DNA of 62,967 bases, counting the filler, from Basidiobolus meristosporus CBS 931.73 (Eukaryota; Fungi; Basidiobolomycota): NCBI GenBank assembly GCA_002104905.1. It is 5 parts of 5 records of this genome, joined end to end, with 100 filler letters (N's around TTAATTAATTAA, not from the genome) between each part and the next. Parts side by side here need not be neighbours in the genome. Positions count along the whole stretch, not along the records: positions 44,510 to 55,699 come from MCFE01001281.1; positions 55,800 to 62,967 come from MCFE01001357.1; 3 more parts are not named here. One strand, 5' to 3'. Shown piece after piece: positions 49,131 through 61,479 of the stretch. A program made the position numbers and the translations under genes. The notes below the pieces were generated by a model. That model was not told the origin of the DNA. It was given only the letters and a program-made list of their open reading frames with translations, and made no database searches. Position 1 is the stretch's first letter. Each line of letters opens with the position of its first letter.

Positions 49131-50735
49131 GCGGGTCGCTTCCCTCGACATTGCTGTACATTCCCATCGCCTGTTACAAACCCGCCCCATGCACAGTTTC
49201 TAAGGAGAGTCCCCGGCAGCACCCATCCGTACGGATTTACCTTGGCCGGCTGAATAGTCCACCCAGTGCAATGCCGCTCGGCAGAAGCCACTCAGATTTC
49301 CCCAGCTTTCCAAGATCGCGGACATTTTTGTATAGATGCCAAACCACCCTTAATACCACCACTTGCCATTTCCACCCACCACTTTCTCTTGTAAGTTGAC
49401 CCCATTTTCCCAGTACTGTAGCATATTCAATTAAAATACGGTTGATTGAAACTCTATCCACCAGAGAATTTGGTCGCTTGGAAAGAGGAAGGGGATTTCC
49501 AAATGGGGAGGCAGGCACGGTCACGAACCCCACCCCACCCACCGCGAGATGGGAGATCGAGGCGAAAAGATTGACGGACAGGCGGCATTCCGATTCTAAT
49601 CGAAGCTAAGGAAGCCCGGTTACACCGAACGGGACACGCTCCCTCTCATGGAAGGTGACCAAGTTCGAAGTGGGGTTTGCTCATTGATCTTGGGCTCCTC
49701 CCTGCGATAATCCCGGATCTTGATTGCTGTCAAACCTGTCGCCAATGATGGCCACCACCTCTCGGCGAAGTTCTCACGGAATCTCCGAAACCCTCGGCCC
49801 GCCGCGCGAAGCGGAAGTCAGATCGAATTGGGGTGAGAGGAGGAAGCTGAAACCCCGGGTTCCAACGCCTTGGTTGATTTGGTCATGGCCAGTAGCATGG
49901 CCTACCAGCCACTTCCATGCCCGGTGGATTCCACAAAGGCCAGATTCCCATGAAACCCGCACTGAGCACCAATCCAGTTGGGGGAGGGAGCTGACAGATC
50001 CCTTCCATCTTCCTGATCGGAACGTCCGTCCCTTCCGGAAACGGCAACCTGTCTCGTACCCGCCACCCTGTCGAGGATTGCTGGCTGGGACGCATCTTCT
50101 TCAGTAGTGGGATGGCTTGATCGATGTCGGGTTGGATCGCCCAATATGGGTCGATGCCTCAACTGAGTGATGCGGTGCTTTTCCCGTCGTCGAAGTTACA
50201 CAAGTGGGTGAGTCCACCTAATCGATCCATGCCTCATCCCCTCCGAGTGTCAAAGCTGCCTCCCCATCCAGCCCATCGCCAGGCCCTGACGGCCGCATGC
50301 ATCCCTGAGAAGGTGGGCTCGCATCAAGCATATACATGTCCCATTCCGCCTCAGCCCGCTCCCAACAGCGGTTGACCCAAGCTCCGCATCGGATCTCGCG
50401 AAGCCCAGTTGCAGAGAACCTTCATCCGCTTTGGCTTCCTGGGTTGGAGGTGACCTTCCTCCCGTCAGTGCCACGGTCGAAACCATCCAGTTTTTCCGGG
50501 AATGGCTCTCCCATGAGTCACAGGTCAGTGGTTGGGATCAGCACTGGTGGTAACTAGGCAGTTTTCTGCTTTTATTGAGGGGCATTCTGACATCATCGAA
50601 GTAGGGATCCCAACTTGGGATGCTCATGAGGACACAAATGTGACATTGGATTACCTAGTCCACCGACGATGGAAGCTTCCATTCATTAATTAGGCAAGAT
50701 TGGCTACTATTTGGCAGGATCAGGTGGGTGGGATC

Positions 50736-51167
50736 TTATTTCGCGGAATAGCCTAATCCTAGCTCCGGATACTGGAAAGGGACCTCGTCCAACTCCTCTT
50801 GTAGCGCGGTGATGTCAAGCGGGTAGGGAGTCCCCAGCCACATGCTTCGCTCAGTGTGATCCAAAACCTCATGTCTGGACAAGGGGTGGATGAGGATGGA
50901 CAGACCACGGCGATTGAGGATAAAGAACGACAGCACCTGCGACAGATACTCCCTTGGGCACCAAACCTCGAAGCTGCCGCAAGGATGGGGGCCTCTGGGC
51001 TCCTCGTTGAAGGCGTTCTTCAACGGCACAGCCACGAAGTGCCCCTCGGCAGTCAGTTGCTCTATGTCTTTACGTAATTGGTGCGCCTTATCTCTACTGG
51101 CTTTGTTGTTCTGGAAGAAGTACACGTGGAAGTGGAATTCCTTCAGCTCGCTCAAGTCCCAACCCAT
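50736..51167 (-). CDS. DOPA 4,5-dioxygenase family protein (fungal/bacterial DODA type), 143 aa; true start uncertain
   Basis: EFHFHVYF, GPHPCGSFEVW, GLSILIHP, DHTERSMWLG.P.PLD. Confidence 0.85.
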   Translation of the reverse strand: MGWDLSELKEFHFHVYFFQNNKASRDKAHQLRKDIEQLTAEGHFVAVPLKNAFNEEPRGPHPCGSFEVWCPREYLSQVLSFFILNRRGLSILIHPLSRHEVLDHTERSMWLGTPYPLDITALQEELDEVPFQYPELGLGYSAK

Positions 51168-53749
51168 CCTTCGTGAGAGTAGAAAATTGGGTCCAAGTGC
51201 TTAGGGTTTGGGTGGGTGCGAATCCCCGATTTTTATTGCTCTTCTCGCATTGGCCCGATGATTGGATGGCCCCATCATCCGGCAAGATCATTGGCCATTA
51301 GTAATGGTCCCGATGACGTGAAAGTTGGTTGAAGTTACGAAACAGTGGCTATGCTGGTGATTGGGAACCATGGTAGCATGTCTTTAGGATGGAGGAGTTG
51401 GAGGTGAAGAGCTGTGTAAGGCCCAAGATTCGGTGGATACTTCCCCAGGACGGTTGGTCCTTAAACAGAAAGGCATTTAATTGCTGCCATTGGGTGCAGG
51501 TCCGGCTCTTGCGACTTGTGCCAGCTCGGCAATGCAGACCCTTCAGCAGTCTGTCATTTCCCATGCCATATAAAGCAGTCCTCGGAACATACGCTTATTC
51601 ACTCTACGCTTCATTTTGGTTACTGTTGGTCTGCACAGGGGCTGGAGGTTGATCACCACTCAGATTGCATCTAACGGTTTAAACCAAGTCCCATCAGCGT
51701 CTAGACCCTTCAGCGCCATGCTGGAGGAATACACTATGGCCGCTCGAGTTACCTTGAGTTGGTATAAATTCAGTTGAAGCCGACTTTGTGTAGCCCATGG
51801 AAACCATCGGATTCTTCAAGATCAGCATCGTTTGGCAAACAGGGGTAGATTGGGGATGCCTCGGGAAGGAAAGCGTGGAGAAAGCACTCCCTCGTTTGAT
51901 CAGCACGTTATCAAATTATCGATGAGGTATCCAGCGAGCGCACGGATGATGTAGGGAGGGAACCTGAGACTTGGGAGAGGTGGCTGATTGGCTTACAGCA
52001 AGCCCTGTCTACTCTCCCCATTGGTGGGTGATATCCAGATGGTCTGGCTTCCGAACGGGGTTACTGTTTATGCTAACCTACTATGACGGCCAAGTTAACT
52101 GAGACTTTCCTTCTTGGCCCTCAACTGGATGACGGATGTGATGATTCCAGGTGCCAGCTGACGCAGTCTCGTATGGATTCTATGAGAAGGCCGAGGCCTC
52201 CCATTGATAAGCGCATTTCGCGGGTAAAGCAGAGGCCATCATACGCAGTGTCGCCATCAGTACACCATAAAGGATACTGGTGTTGCCCCCAACACCCAGA
52301 AGGCCTCCTAGCGAATTTATTAGTTGCTAGTAGAGGTACAGGTGGCCTTCGGCACTGGATCCGCGTTGGTGGACTTCGCTGATATTGAGCCCAACGTAAG
52401 ACCATGATTAGGATGTTAGGCAACAGGAGATGATCCAGCCAACGTATCGATGATGTGGTTATTTGGACTTCCGCGTTATGCCTCATGTTACGGTCTAGCA
52501 TATCGAAAGGATCAGTTCGCTTATTCCTAACCAATATACTAATGAGATGCAGCAGAAATTTTTCATACGTGGTGCGGCTCAGATAATCCCCAAAACGCCC
52601 CATCACTTTCCTACGCAATTTTTAATGATCAGGAAAATTCTGCTGTGTCCGCCTAATTTGTAAGTACCATCGGTGATACCCAATGATATTCATAAGAATA
52701 GAAATATCGGATAATATTTTGGTTAACATTACATAACAGCAGGATCTCGTAGTGGTGGAAAAGACCGTCAAATTTGGAGACCAACCTTCGATGGCTTTGC
52801 CAAATATGGGTGGAACTTGTTGACCGCTAAAGCAGCAGTTATTGCTACGATAAGTATTGGCAAGAGAGAATCTTGCCATCCATACCAGCTCCCTCTTAGC
52901 CTAACCCTAAGATAGAAATTTCCACAGCGGTCAGGAAACCCCAGACTCTATATACCCTTCGCTAGCCTTCCGAACCTTATTCCCGTACTTTCTACACCAA
53001 GTGTAACTTTTGATTTACGGGCCGAAATGGCAAGCGTAGGAAGCTCAAGCACTGCCTAGTCGGTGTTGATCTTAAAAGATTTTGGGAAGGCCCCGGTATG
53101 TTTGGGGGGTATTGGATGGAATATGGAGAACTAGTAGATATATACAAAGTTGGCTAATTGATTTATTGGGCGCAAAATACGTATGTATTTTTTAGGTGCA
53201 CTTTGAACTATCTTGAAGGCCGCACAAAGATGTGGATCATTTAGGCAAGTTTGAAAATTAAGCCAATATCTTGCCAACAAATTACTCAGTATACAATTGA
53301 CAACTTAGCGATTGGTCAAGTAGAAGCCTATCACATGAATAAGTCAGGTGCTGAACTAAGGAATAATGGGGCATTATGGCTAAATCAGAAAACCGGCATA
53401 CTTCTGGATAGCTTCTCCTTTAAAGAACTAATCTGCAAGCTGTTGCGAGTAATTACTTCAATACTTGGTTAGTCCCATATCTTGGATACAGTACTTTTCG
53501 ACGTTTATAGGCATTGATTTTGCAAGACATTCTTCAACTTTCTAAAATAGTGAAAAACCCGGAGTTATCAACTTCCTGTACCTATCCAAAAGACCTCAGA
53601 TATTGCAAAAAACTTCTAGGACCTCTCTCAAGACATGCTATTTTGACAGAGCTCTAACTGCATGCCTCATTTGAATAAAGCGTTTATTGAACACTGTCTA
53701 TAAAACATTCCATATAATTTCCGGCTCCTGCCGCCACTTAAGCATAAAC

Positions 53750-54098
53750 TGTTGTAAAAATTCGGAATTCCACCTAAATATTCACCTAACTTAGTCACTT
53801 AGATCATTCCCTTCAAATCCTAGAGAATACTGACCAAAATCCTAGTTGGGATTTACTTGGAATATTTTCACCAAAATATCAGGTACCCAGAACATGAGAA
53901 TACTCAAAGTTTTCCAAACAGCCCCAAACTTTGCACACATGTTCTTGGGACCTGCCTAAACTTACTCTACATGTTTGTTATGCCATGACCATGTATAAGT
54001 ATAAATACTACTTTCACATTCAATAAATCATCAAGTGAAAGCCACATAATCTGCTAGCTCTCTCAATCACTTCCAATATCTCCAAATCTCTTATGGCA
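53750..54098 (+). repeat. Copia family A LTR (349 bp), no clear TSD
   Basis: Near-colinear with 6535-6866 and 28572-28919. Confidence 0.88.
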
Positions 54099-55699
54099 TT
54101 AGGAAGGTCCAAAGAGCATGTGTGCAAAGTCTGGGGCTGTTTGGACAACTTTCAGAAATTTCATGTTCTGGGCACCTGATATTTTGGTGAAAATATCCCA
54201 AGTCCCAACCAGGAGCTTGGTCAGTATTCTCTAGGATATGAAGGTAATGATCTAAGGGACTAAGTGAAGTGAAAATTCAGGCAGAATTACAAATTTCTAC
54301 TGCACTCCCACACAACTAAATGTTCATACTGACTGGTTGTAATTTTGATCTAAGATATTCAGATTTGTCCCTAGCTAATGGTTTTCTATATATAGCTTTA
54401 GCATGAAAAGTTGGATTTCTACCCAATTATATACATCCTTGATTATCATGAAATAAGGTTATAGGTATTTTTTGACATAAGCCTAAATCTTTCAAAAGCT
54501 TTATTAACCAAATTTCCTCTTTTGGAGCTATACAGGTAGCCATATACTCTGCCTCTGTGTCAGAAAGTGCTACAGTTGGTTGCTTTCTTAAGTTCCATAA
54601 AATAGCTCCTTTAGAGTAAAGAGAGGTGTATCCAGTGGTGGATCAACCATTTTCCAAGTTTTGTCCCCAATCAGCATCAGTGTATCCCACAAGACCACAT
54701 TCTGAATCCTTATAGGTGCACCTTTAACACATATCAGCAGTTCCTTTTAGGTAACCAAAGATCCTCTTAACTGCCACAATATGATCAGAGCCATAGTTCT
54801 GATTTAGTTGGCTGACAACTCCCACTGAATATGATATGTCTGGACATGTTCCAAGCAGGATATGCATCAGACTGCTGAGCATAGATTGATAAGGAAAGTC
54901 AGGGCTTTAGATGGCCCCAAGCTCTCTTGATTTGGTTGGGTTTTGACCAGGTTACGGTTTGTCTCCATTGGGGTAGCTGCCAGTTTACAGTCTTCCATTT
55001 GGTACTTCTTTAAAATATCTTGAATATACCAGGGTTGGCTTAGGATAATAGTCTGGGTACTTCTGTGTATAGAGAACCTTATTTGCAAGTAGTCACTGAG
55101 TTCTCCTAGATCAGACATCTTGAACTCCTTAGATTGGCTGAATTTAGTCTCTTCCCATATTGATAAACTATTAGTAGCTATTATGAGATCATCAACATAT
55201 AGAGCTGAAAATGGGACTTGCTCTATCTGACTTAGAGCATATACTATGGTCAGTAGTACTTGTTTGGAAGCTCAAAGACTCCAAATAAGAATCTATCTTG
55301 CAATTTCAGGCTCTCAGTGATTGTTTGAGACCATTGAGAGGCTATCTAAGTTTACAGGCCAAATGCAGGTTATCCTGGTCAACTAATCCATAATGCTAGT
55401 CCATATATATGTCCTTATCAAGTTCTCTATCAGAAGTGCAGTTTTTACATCCAATTTATGTGCAAAGTACTTATATTTGGCTGCAATAGTCCTATCAATC
55501 TGATGGGATTAAACCTGGCTACCAGTGCCAAGGTCACATTATAGTCAGGTCCTTTTGTTCAGCAGTATTCATTGTCCACAAGTCTTACATTTTATCTTTC
55601 AACTGTGCCATCAGCCTTATATTTGTCTTGAAGACCCATCTGCATCCAACTGATTTCTGGTTGATTGGTAACTTGACCAAGTCCTAAGTTTGAGTTTCC
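54099..55699 (-). mobile_element. Degenerate Copia A 3' half: truncated 3' LTR (54099-54304), PPT, RNase H and RT remnants
   Basis: MSDLGELSDYLQIRF..QDILKKYQMEDCK..ATPME RT motifs; runs into the gap. Confidence 0.85.
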
Positions 55700-55799
55700 N
55701 NNNNNNNNNNNNNNNNNNNNNNNNNNNNNNNNNNNNNNNNNNNTTAATTAATTAANNNNNNNNNNNNNNNNNNNNNNNNNNNNNNNNNNNNNNNNNNNN

Positions 55800-56424
55800 A
55801 TGGTCTCCTGGGAGCATTGTCAGGTCTGAGTCTGAAAGTAGTGGTAATAGGTAGCGGTGATCTCACTAATTAATAAGTCAGAATATTGGATGAGGGACCA
55901 TTTATTTTTAAGGGACAGCCTCCCTTATATACTTTTTTGCTGCTCATATTCTTTTTTGGAAATACTTTCCAGAAGTTTCCAGAAGGTAGTAGACAGCCAA
56001 TTATGTCATTGTGTACTAAAAATAGCACAAATTCTTGGCAGATTGCTCCATGAGACATACTAGCAACTAGCCAATCAGATAGTGGTAATATGAAACCTCT
56101 GAGTCATGTAGCTTCCTCATATGGTAGTAGGATAGGAGGGTTATGAAACCAGGGTGGTCACATGACATAGGAACTGTGGGGGGTACTTGCCTTATATGGC
56201 AACTATCTTATCTTGGCATCTTGGCAAGGAATAGGAAAAGCTTGTGCAATGGGTTAATAGTGACAAATAGTTTGGCAGGTCACATAGTAATAATCACATA
56301 GACAGATAGAAAATATTGCATTTGGGATGATACTAATATAGGGGGGGAGGGTAATCCATTTTAGGGAAGTGAACATATGGGAATGAGCACATCTGCCTGT
56401 GGGTGTCACTGTGACCCCACTACA
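55800..56424 (-). repeat. Family D repeat, second copy, adjoining Copia A gag
   Basis: Ends ...CCCCACTACA, the reverse complement of 43963 onward. Confidence 0.8.
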
Positions 56425-56896
56425 GCATTTCCATCTTTGTCTTCCACACTTAGTAGTTAAATCCATCCAACTTTTCAGCAGAGGGACAAATTCCAGTAAT
56501 AGCAGTATTAGACACTGCAGAGAGTGACAGCTTGGGGCTCATAACCTGTTGTAATAGTCTTGGAGATATTGGAAGTGAGTTGTGAGGACAAGTAGATTAT
56601 GTGGCTTACACTTAACAATTTATTGAATGTAAAAGTAGTATTTATAGTTTTACATGGCCTTGGCATACCACACACATAGAATAGGTTAAGGAAGGTCCCA
56701 AGAACATGTGTGCAAAGATTGGGGCTATATGGACAACTTTGAGATTTTTCATGCTCTGGGTATCTGGTATTTTGGTGAAAATATTCTAAGTAAATCCCAA
56801 CAAAGAATTCGGTCAGTATTCTCTAGGATTTGAAGGTAATGATCTAAGTGACTAAGGTAGGTGAATATTTAGGTGGAATTACAAATTTTTACAACA
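56425..56896 (-). mobile_element. Copia A 5' end: LTR 56547-56896, PBS GGTTATGAGCCC and gag start
   Basis: 350-bp TG..CA LTR, PBS 56535-56546, gag leader matches other A copies. Confidence 0.9.
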
Positions 56897-57125
56897 TTAA
56901 AGATGTTGATTGAAAAACCTACCAAGATTCATACAGTGCCTCACACACCCTGGTCATTTAGGCCTTACCCACTGCCCAGAGCACTCCAAGTCAATGAGCA
57001 TGACCTACCCAAGAAGAAGACTGAAGCTGGTGTGCCAGAGTTTTGTCATGGACCTCATGCCAATAGATGGGTTGTGACCAAAAAGATGAATGGAAAGCTT
57101 TGGTTCATACAAGACATGCAACAAG
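56897..57125 (+). mobile_element. Fragment of a different Gypsy-type RT
   Basis: IHTVPHTPW..RPYPLPRAL..EAGV..RWVVTKKMNGKLWFIQDMQ resembles the RT N-terminus of fungal Gypsy elements. Confidence 0.6.
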
Positions 57126-60100
57126 TCCTAAGTTTGACCTAAGATATTCAAATTTTGCTATAGCTGGTGGTTTGGTAAATATGTCTGTAGTCATTTTTTT
57201 GGAAGGACAGTAAACTATGTTAATGAAGCTATTAGACTTGTTCCATTGGATAGTGCCACATTGAGCCATGAGTGCCAAATGATGCCATAGTGTGCCAGAG
57301 AGGTAAAGTGAGCCTATACTTGGCCACAGAGTGTGAAACATAGCTCTGCATCTTCATATAAAGCAGCCCCTGTGTTTCACCCATTGTGTTGGAAAAAATC
57401 CATTTTTTGACCTTTTTTTGTGGATCAATGTAGCTCAGGATGTGTAAGAGCACAGGAGAACTGAAGATATGCGTCTGGTACTCAATACCCATGGCACTCT
57501 GAATCTAGCTCCTGTAGCTTGTATCATGTCACAAAAATGAATGGCACTATCTTGGTCTACTGGTACTATCTGGCACTATATTTAAATATTAGACCTAATG
57601 TAAGATCTATACAAAGCACTTATAGTGCCAGACAGTACCAGTAGACCAAGATAGTGCCATTCATTTTTGTGACATGATACAAGCTACAGGAGCTAGATTT
57701 AGAGTGCCATGGGTATTGAGTACCAGACGCATATCTTCAATCTGCTTGTGCTCTAACACATCCTGCACAACATTGATCCAAAAAAAAAGGTCAAAAAATG
57801 GATTTTCTCCAACACAATGGGTGAAACACAGGGGCTGCTTTGCATGAAGACGCAGAGCTATGTTTCACACTCTGTGGCCAGGTAGAGGCTCACTTGGCCT
57901 CTCTGGCACACTATGGCATCATTTGGCACTCATGGCTCAATGTGGCACTATCCAACGGAACAAGTCTATTCTCTATAGCTTCATGTATGAAGTGATGTGC
58001 CTAGTTCTAGTATGAAAAGTTGGATTCCTTCCTAATGGTTTACATCAATGATTGTCTTCAAATAAAGTAATAGGAGTATCTTGACATAATCCAAAATCTT
58101 TAAGAAGCTCTCATAGCCACATAGCTTCATTTGGGGTTCTACTGGCTACCATATACTCTTAACCGCTGCAATGTGATCAGATCCATAGTTCTGATTATGC
58201 TGGCTGACTACTACCACTAAATTTTAGATATCTGGATGTGTTCCAAGCATGATATACACTGAAATATTGATCATATATTGATATGGAAAGCCAGGGTTTT
58301 CAATTGATACCAAGCTCTCTTGACTTGGTTGGTTTCTAACACAGGTAAGGTCAATCTCCATTGGGTAGCTCTTAGTTTACAGTCTTTTACTGGAGACCTT
58401 ATAAAAATGTTTAAGCTTGAAGTCCAAATGGGGGTTATCATAGTCAACAAACTCATAAGGCTGGTCCATACACACATCCTCAATCAAGTTCACTGTTCAA
58501 AAATGAAGATATTACATCTCCTTGATATCTTGCTTTGTAACCTTTTACTGTACCATCAGCCTTATATTTTGTCTTAAGGACCCATCTGCATCCTGTTAAT
58601 ATTTGGTTGACTAATATTTTGATTCAGTCCCAAGCTTGATTTCCCATCAGGGCCTCATACTTCTCAATCATTGCAGATCTCCAAGACTTAGTCTAGGGGC
58701 TATTTAAGGTCTCTTTTACAGTGTGGGTCTTGACAATATGCATTGAAAAGGTATGGGCTAAGTGTATACCTTCATTGATGTAGTAATTTGGGCTTATTCT
58801 GGTTTGGTTGGATCTCCTGGCTTTTGATATTAAAATAAGCATTTCTGGGATATTGCTGGGGACTGATTCAGGCTGACTCAAGCTATGCAATTCTCCAGAG
58901 TCAAAAGATTCTCATTATTTTGCATTGATTCAATCCTGGCTATTGGTAACCTCAGATCTGATATTTGTTATGACTGATGTTGTTGTCTAAAGAAATTTTG
59001 AATTTTCATCAAACAGCAAATCCCTGGACTTGCTTAGCTTCATTGCTCTGTTATTTTAGAGTCTGTATGCCTTACTCTGATTGCTGTAGCCCAAAAATAT
59101 GCATTCTACACTTTTTGGCTGAAGTTTTGACTGATTTCTAGGCCCTTCCTTGGCATATGCTACACACCCAAATATTCTTAGATGTTCTGCACTTGGTCTG
59201 TATCCATACCATGACTGAAGTGGAGTAGAATCACAAGGTATTCTGTCATAACTTGTATTTCTAAGGAATACAGCTCTAGTAACTGATTCTGCCAAAAAAT
59301 ATAGGAAAATCATGGATCATGGATCATAGATCTTGCCATATCAGCTGTTGAGCTGTTTACATGTTCTGCCACTCCATTATGCTGTGGGAGGTAGGGTACC
59401 ATAGTCTCTTGCTTTATCCCATGAAATCCCTAGGAGTAAATGATATTTTTTGAGATATAATTCCACCATTGTTGGAGTGTATTTTCTTGATTTATTCACC
59501 AGTTTCTGTCTCCACCGTAGCTTTAAACTCCCAGAGCTTAGACAGCGCTTTTTCCTTTCTCACCATGAAGTATACCCATATGCATCTTGTATAATCAACA
59601 ATATAAGTGATTAAATACTTGATCCTGCCCAAGTATAAATTTTGCATAGGTCCACACAGATCTGAGTGAACTGGATCTAATTTTTTCTTAGTTTTCATTA
59701 ATCCTGAGCCCTTGAACAATTTGTTGGCTTATTGCCCATATACAGAAGCTTCACAGTGTCTCAAATTAGCTGGGGGATAAGTTTTTACTCTGTAAATTAG
59801 CCAATCTTTGATCATTTTGCATAAATAATCAGATTGACGTGTCCAAATCATCTGTGACAATACATTGGAGTTTCTCACTTTCATTACTTGCATTGATTTC
59901 CAGATTTGATGGAATGTTAGTCAACTTGTACATATTCTTATCTACAAAACCTAAAGAAATATGGGCACCATCATGATCAGTGATTCTCATCCAGAATAGT
60001 CAATGCTCAGGCTGAGTCCTTCCACTACGGCTATACTCACAGAGTGCAGGTGGTTATCTATTTGTGGTACATAGAGTACTGCTTTGAAGGAAAGTGTGTG

Positions 60101-61470
60101 GCTTTGTTCACTGCTTCTAAGGTTTACTTGGGTAGTTCCTTCTCCCACTGCATAAAGTGCTCCATTTTCACCCATAAGCACCTCCTTAGTTAGAATATCT
60201 TCATTTTTGGTAAAAGTAATGTTTGATATGTATAGTATTGAGATGCTCCAGAGTTAACAAATAATATTAAAGAGTCAATGTCTTTGGTCATATTCAGTGC
60301 AGATATGAATATTTTATCTTCAGATGTTGCCGTATTTTCATATTCAGGTCTTTTCTGCTTGGTATGTCTCTTTTAGAGACACTGGTCTGATGTGTGTCCT
60401 TTCCTTTGACAGTAGTTGCAAAACAGGTTGCTATTGCCTTTAAAGTGTCTTAAATGCCTCTTTTGCTGGTTATCATTGCTTATTCAAGTATTTACATCTT
60501 CCTTCTTGTAAGTGCATGATTATCTTGATTCTTCATCTAGGAGCCTTCCATATGCATGGTTTAAGGTCAAATCCTCAGTTCTGAGCTCTAGGGCATCTAC
60601 AAGGCCCTGCAGCTGGTCTATCATGCTATTCAGGTTGGTTACCATCATATTCTCATCAGTGACTGGTAAACCCACAGATTGTATCATATCCACCAATAGA
60701 GTAATTCTGTAATTAGATTTTCCATTTCTTCTCCTGTCAGCATCCTGTAATAAGGATTTTTTTGTCTAGGTTACATTTTCTCAACTGCTGAACATCAGTG
60801 GGAGGTGTCTTCTAATGCCTTCAAGGCATTTTTTGCTGTTTGTGCTCTTGAGGATTGAACTAGCAATTTGTCATTGACCTTAAGGCAAATGCAGATAAAG
60901 GCACTTGTCCCTTCTTCTGGTACTTTAAGGCTACCTCTTGCACACTTTTAGTAGGGCATTCTTCTCCCATGACAATATCCCAAAGGCATCTTTCTTGTAG
61001 CAGCATCCTTGTCTTCACCTTCCTCACTTGGTAGATGGACCCAGCCATCTATTCAGCAGACAGAAATATTCCAGTATTAGCAGTAGTGGATACTGCAGAG
61101 AGTGACAGCTTGGGGCTCATCACCTGTTTAGCAAGTATTGGAAATATTGGAAGTGATTGGGAGGACAAGTAGAATATGTAGCTCTCACATACAATTTATT
61201 GAATGTCAAAGTAGTATTTATGCCTTTACATGGTTTTGGTATAGCAGCCATGAACAATACATTCAGGAAGTTCCCAAGAACATGTGTGCAAAGGTTGAGG
61301 CTATTTGGACAAGTTCAGGAAACTCATGTTCTAGGAACCTGATACTTTGGTGAGAATAGTCCAGTAAGTCCCAACAAGGAACTTGGACAGTATTCTTCAA
61401 GATTGGTAGGTTGTGATCCAAGTGACTAAGTTAGGTGAATATTTAGATGGGATTACATATTTTTATAACA
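57126..61470 (-). mobile_element. Degenerate Copia A element: 5' LTR 61125-61470, gag-PR-IN-RT-RH remnants, 3' LTR missing, foldback inserted in RNase H
   Basis: PBS variant GGTGATGAGCCC, VHSDLCGP, HLRIFGCVAY and other motifs with many stops and deletions. Confidence 0.9.
57233..57968. mobile_element. Foldback element copy 2: arms 57233-57580 and 57621-57968, 40-bp spacer
   Basis: Same 348+40+348 architecture and termini as copy 1. Confidence 0.93.
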
Positions 61471-61479
61471 CCAATGCTC

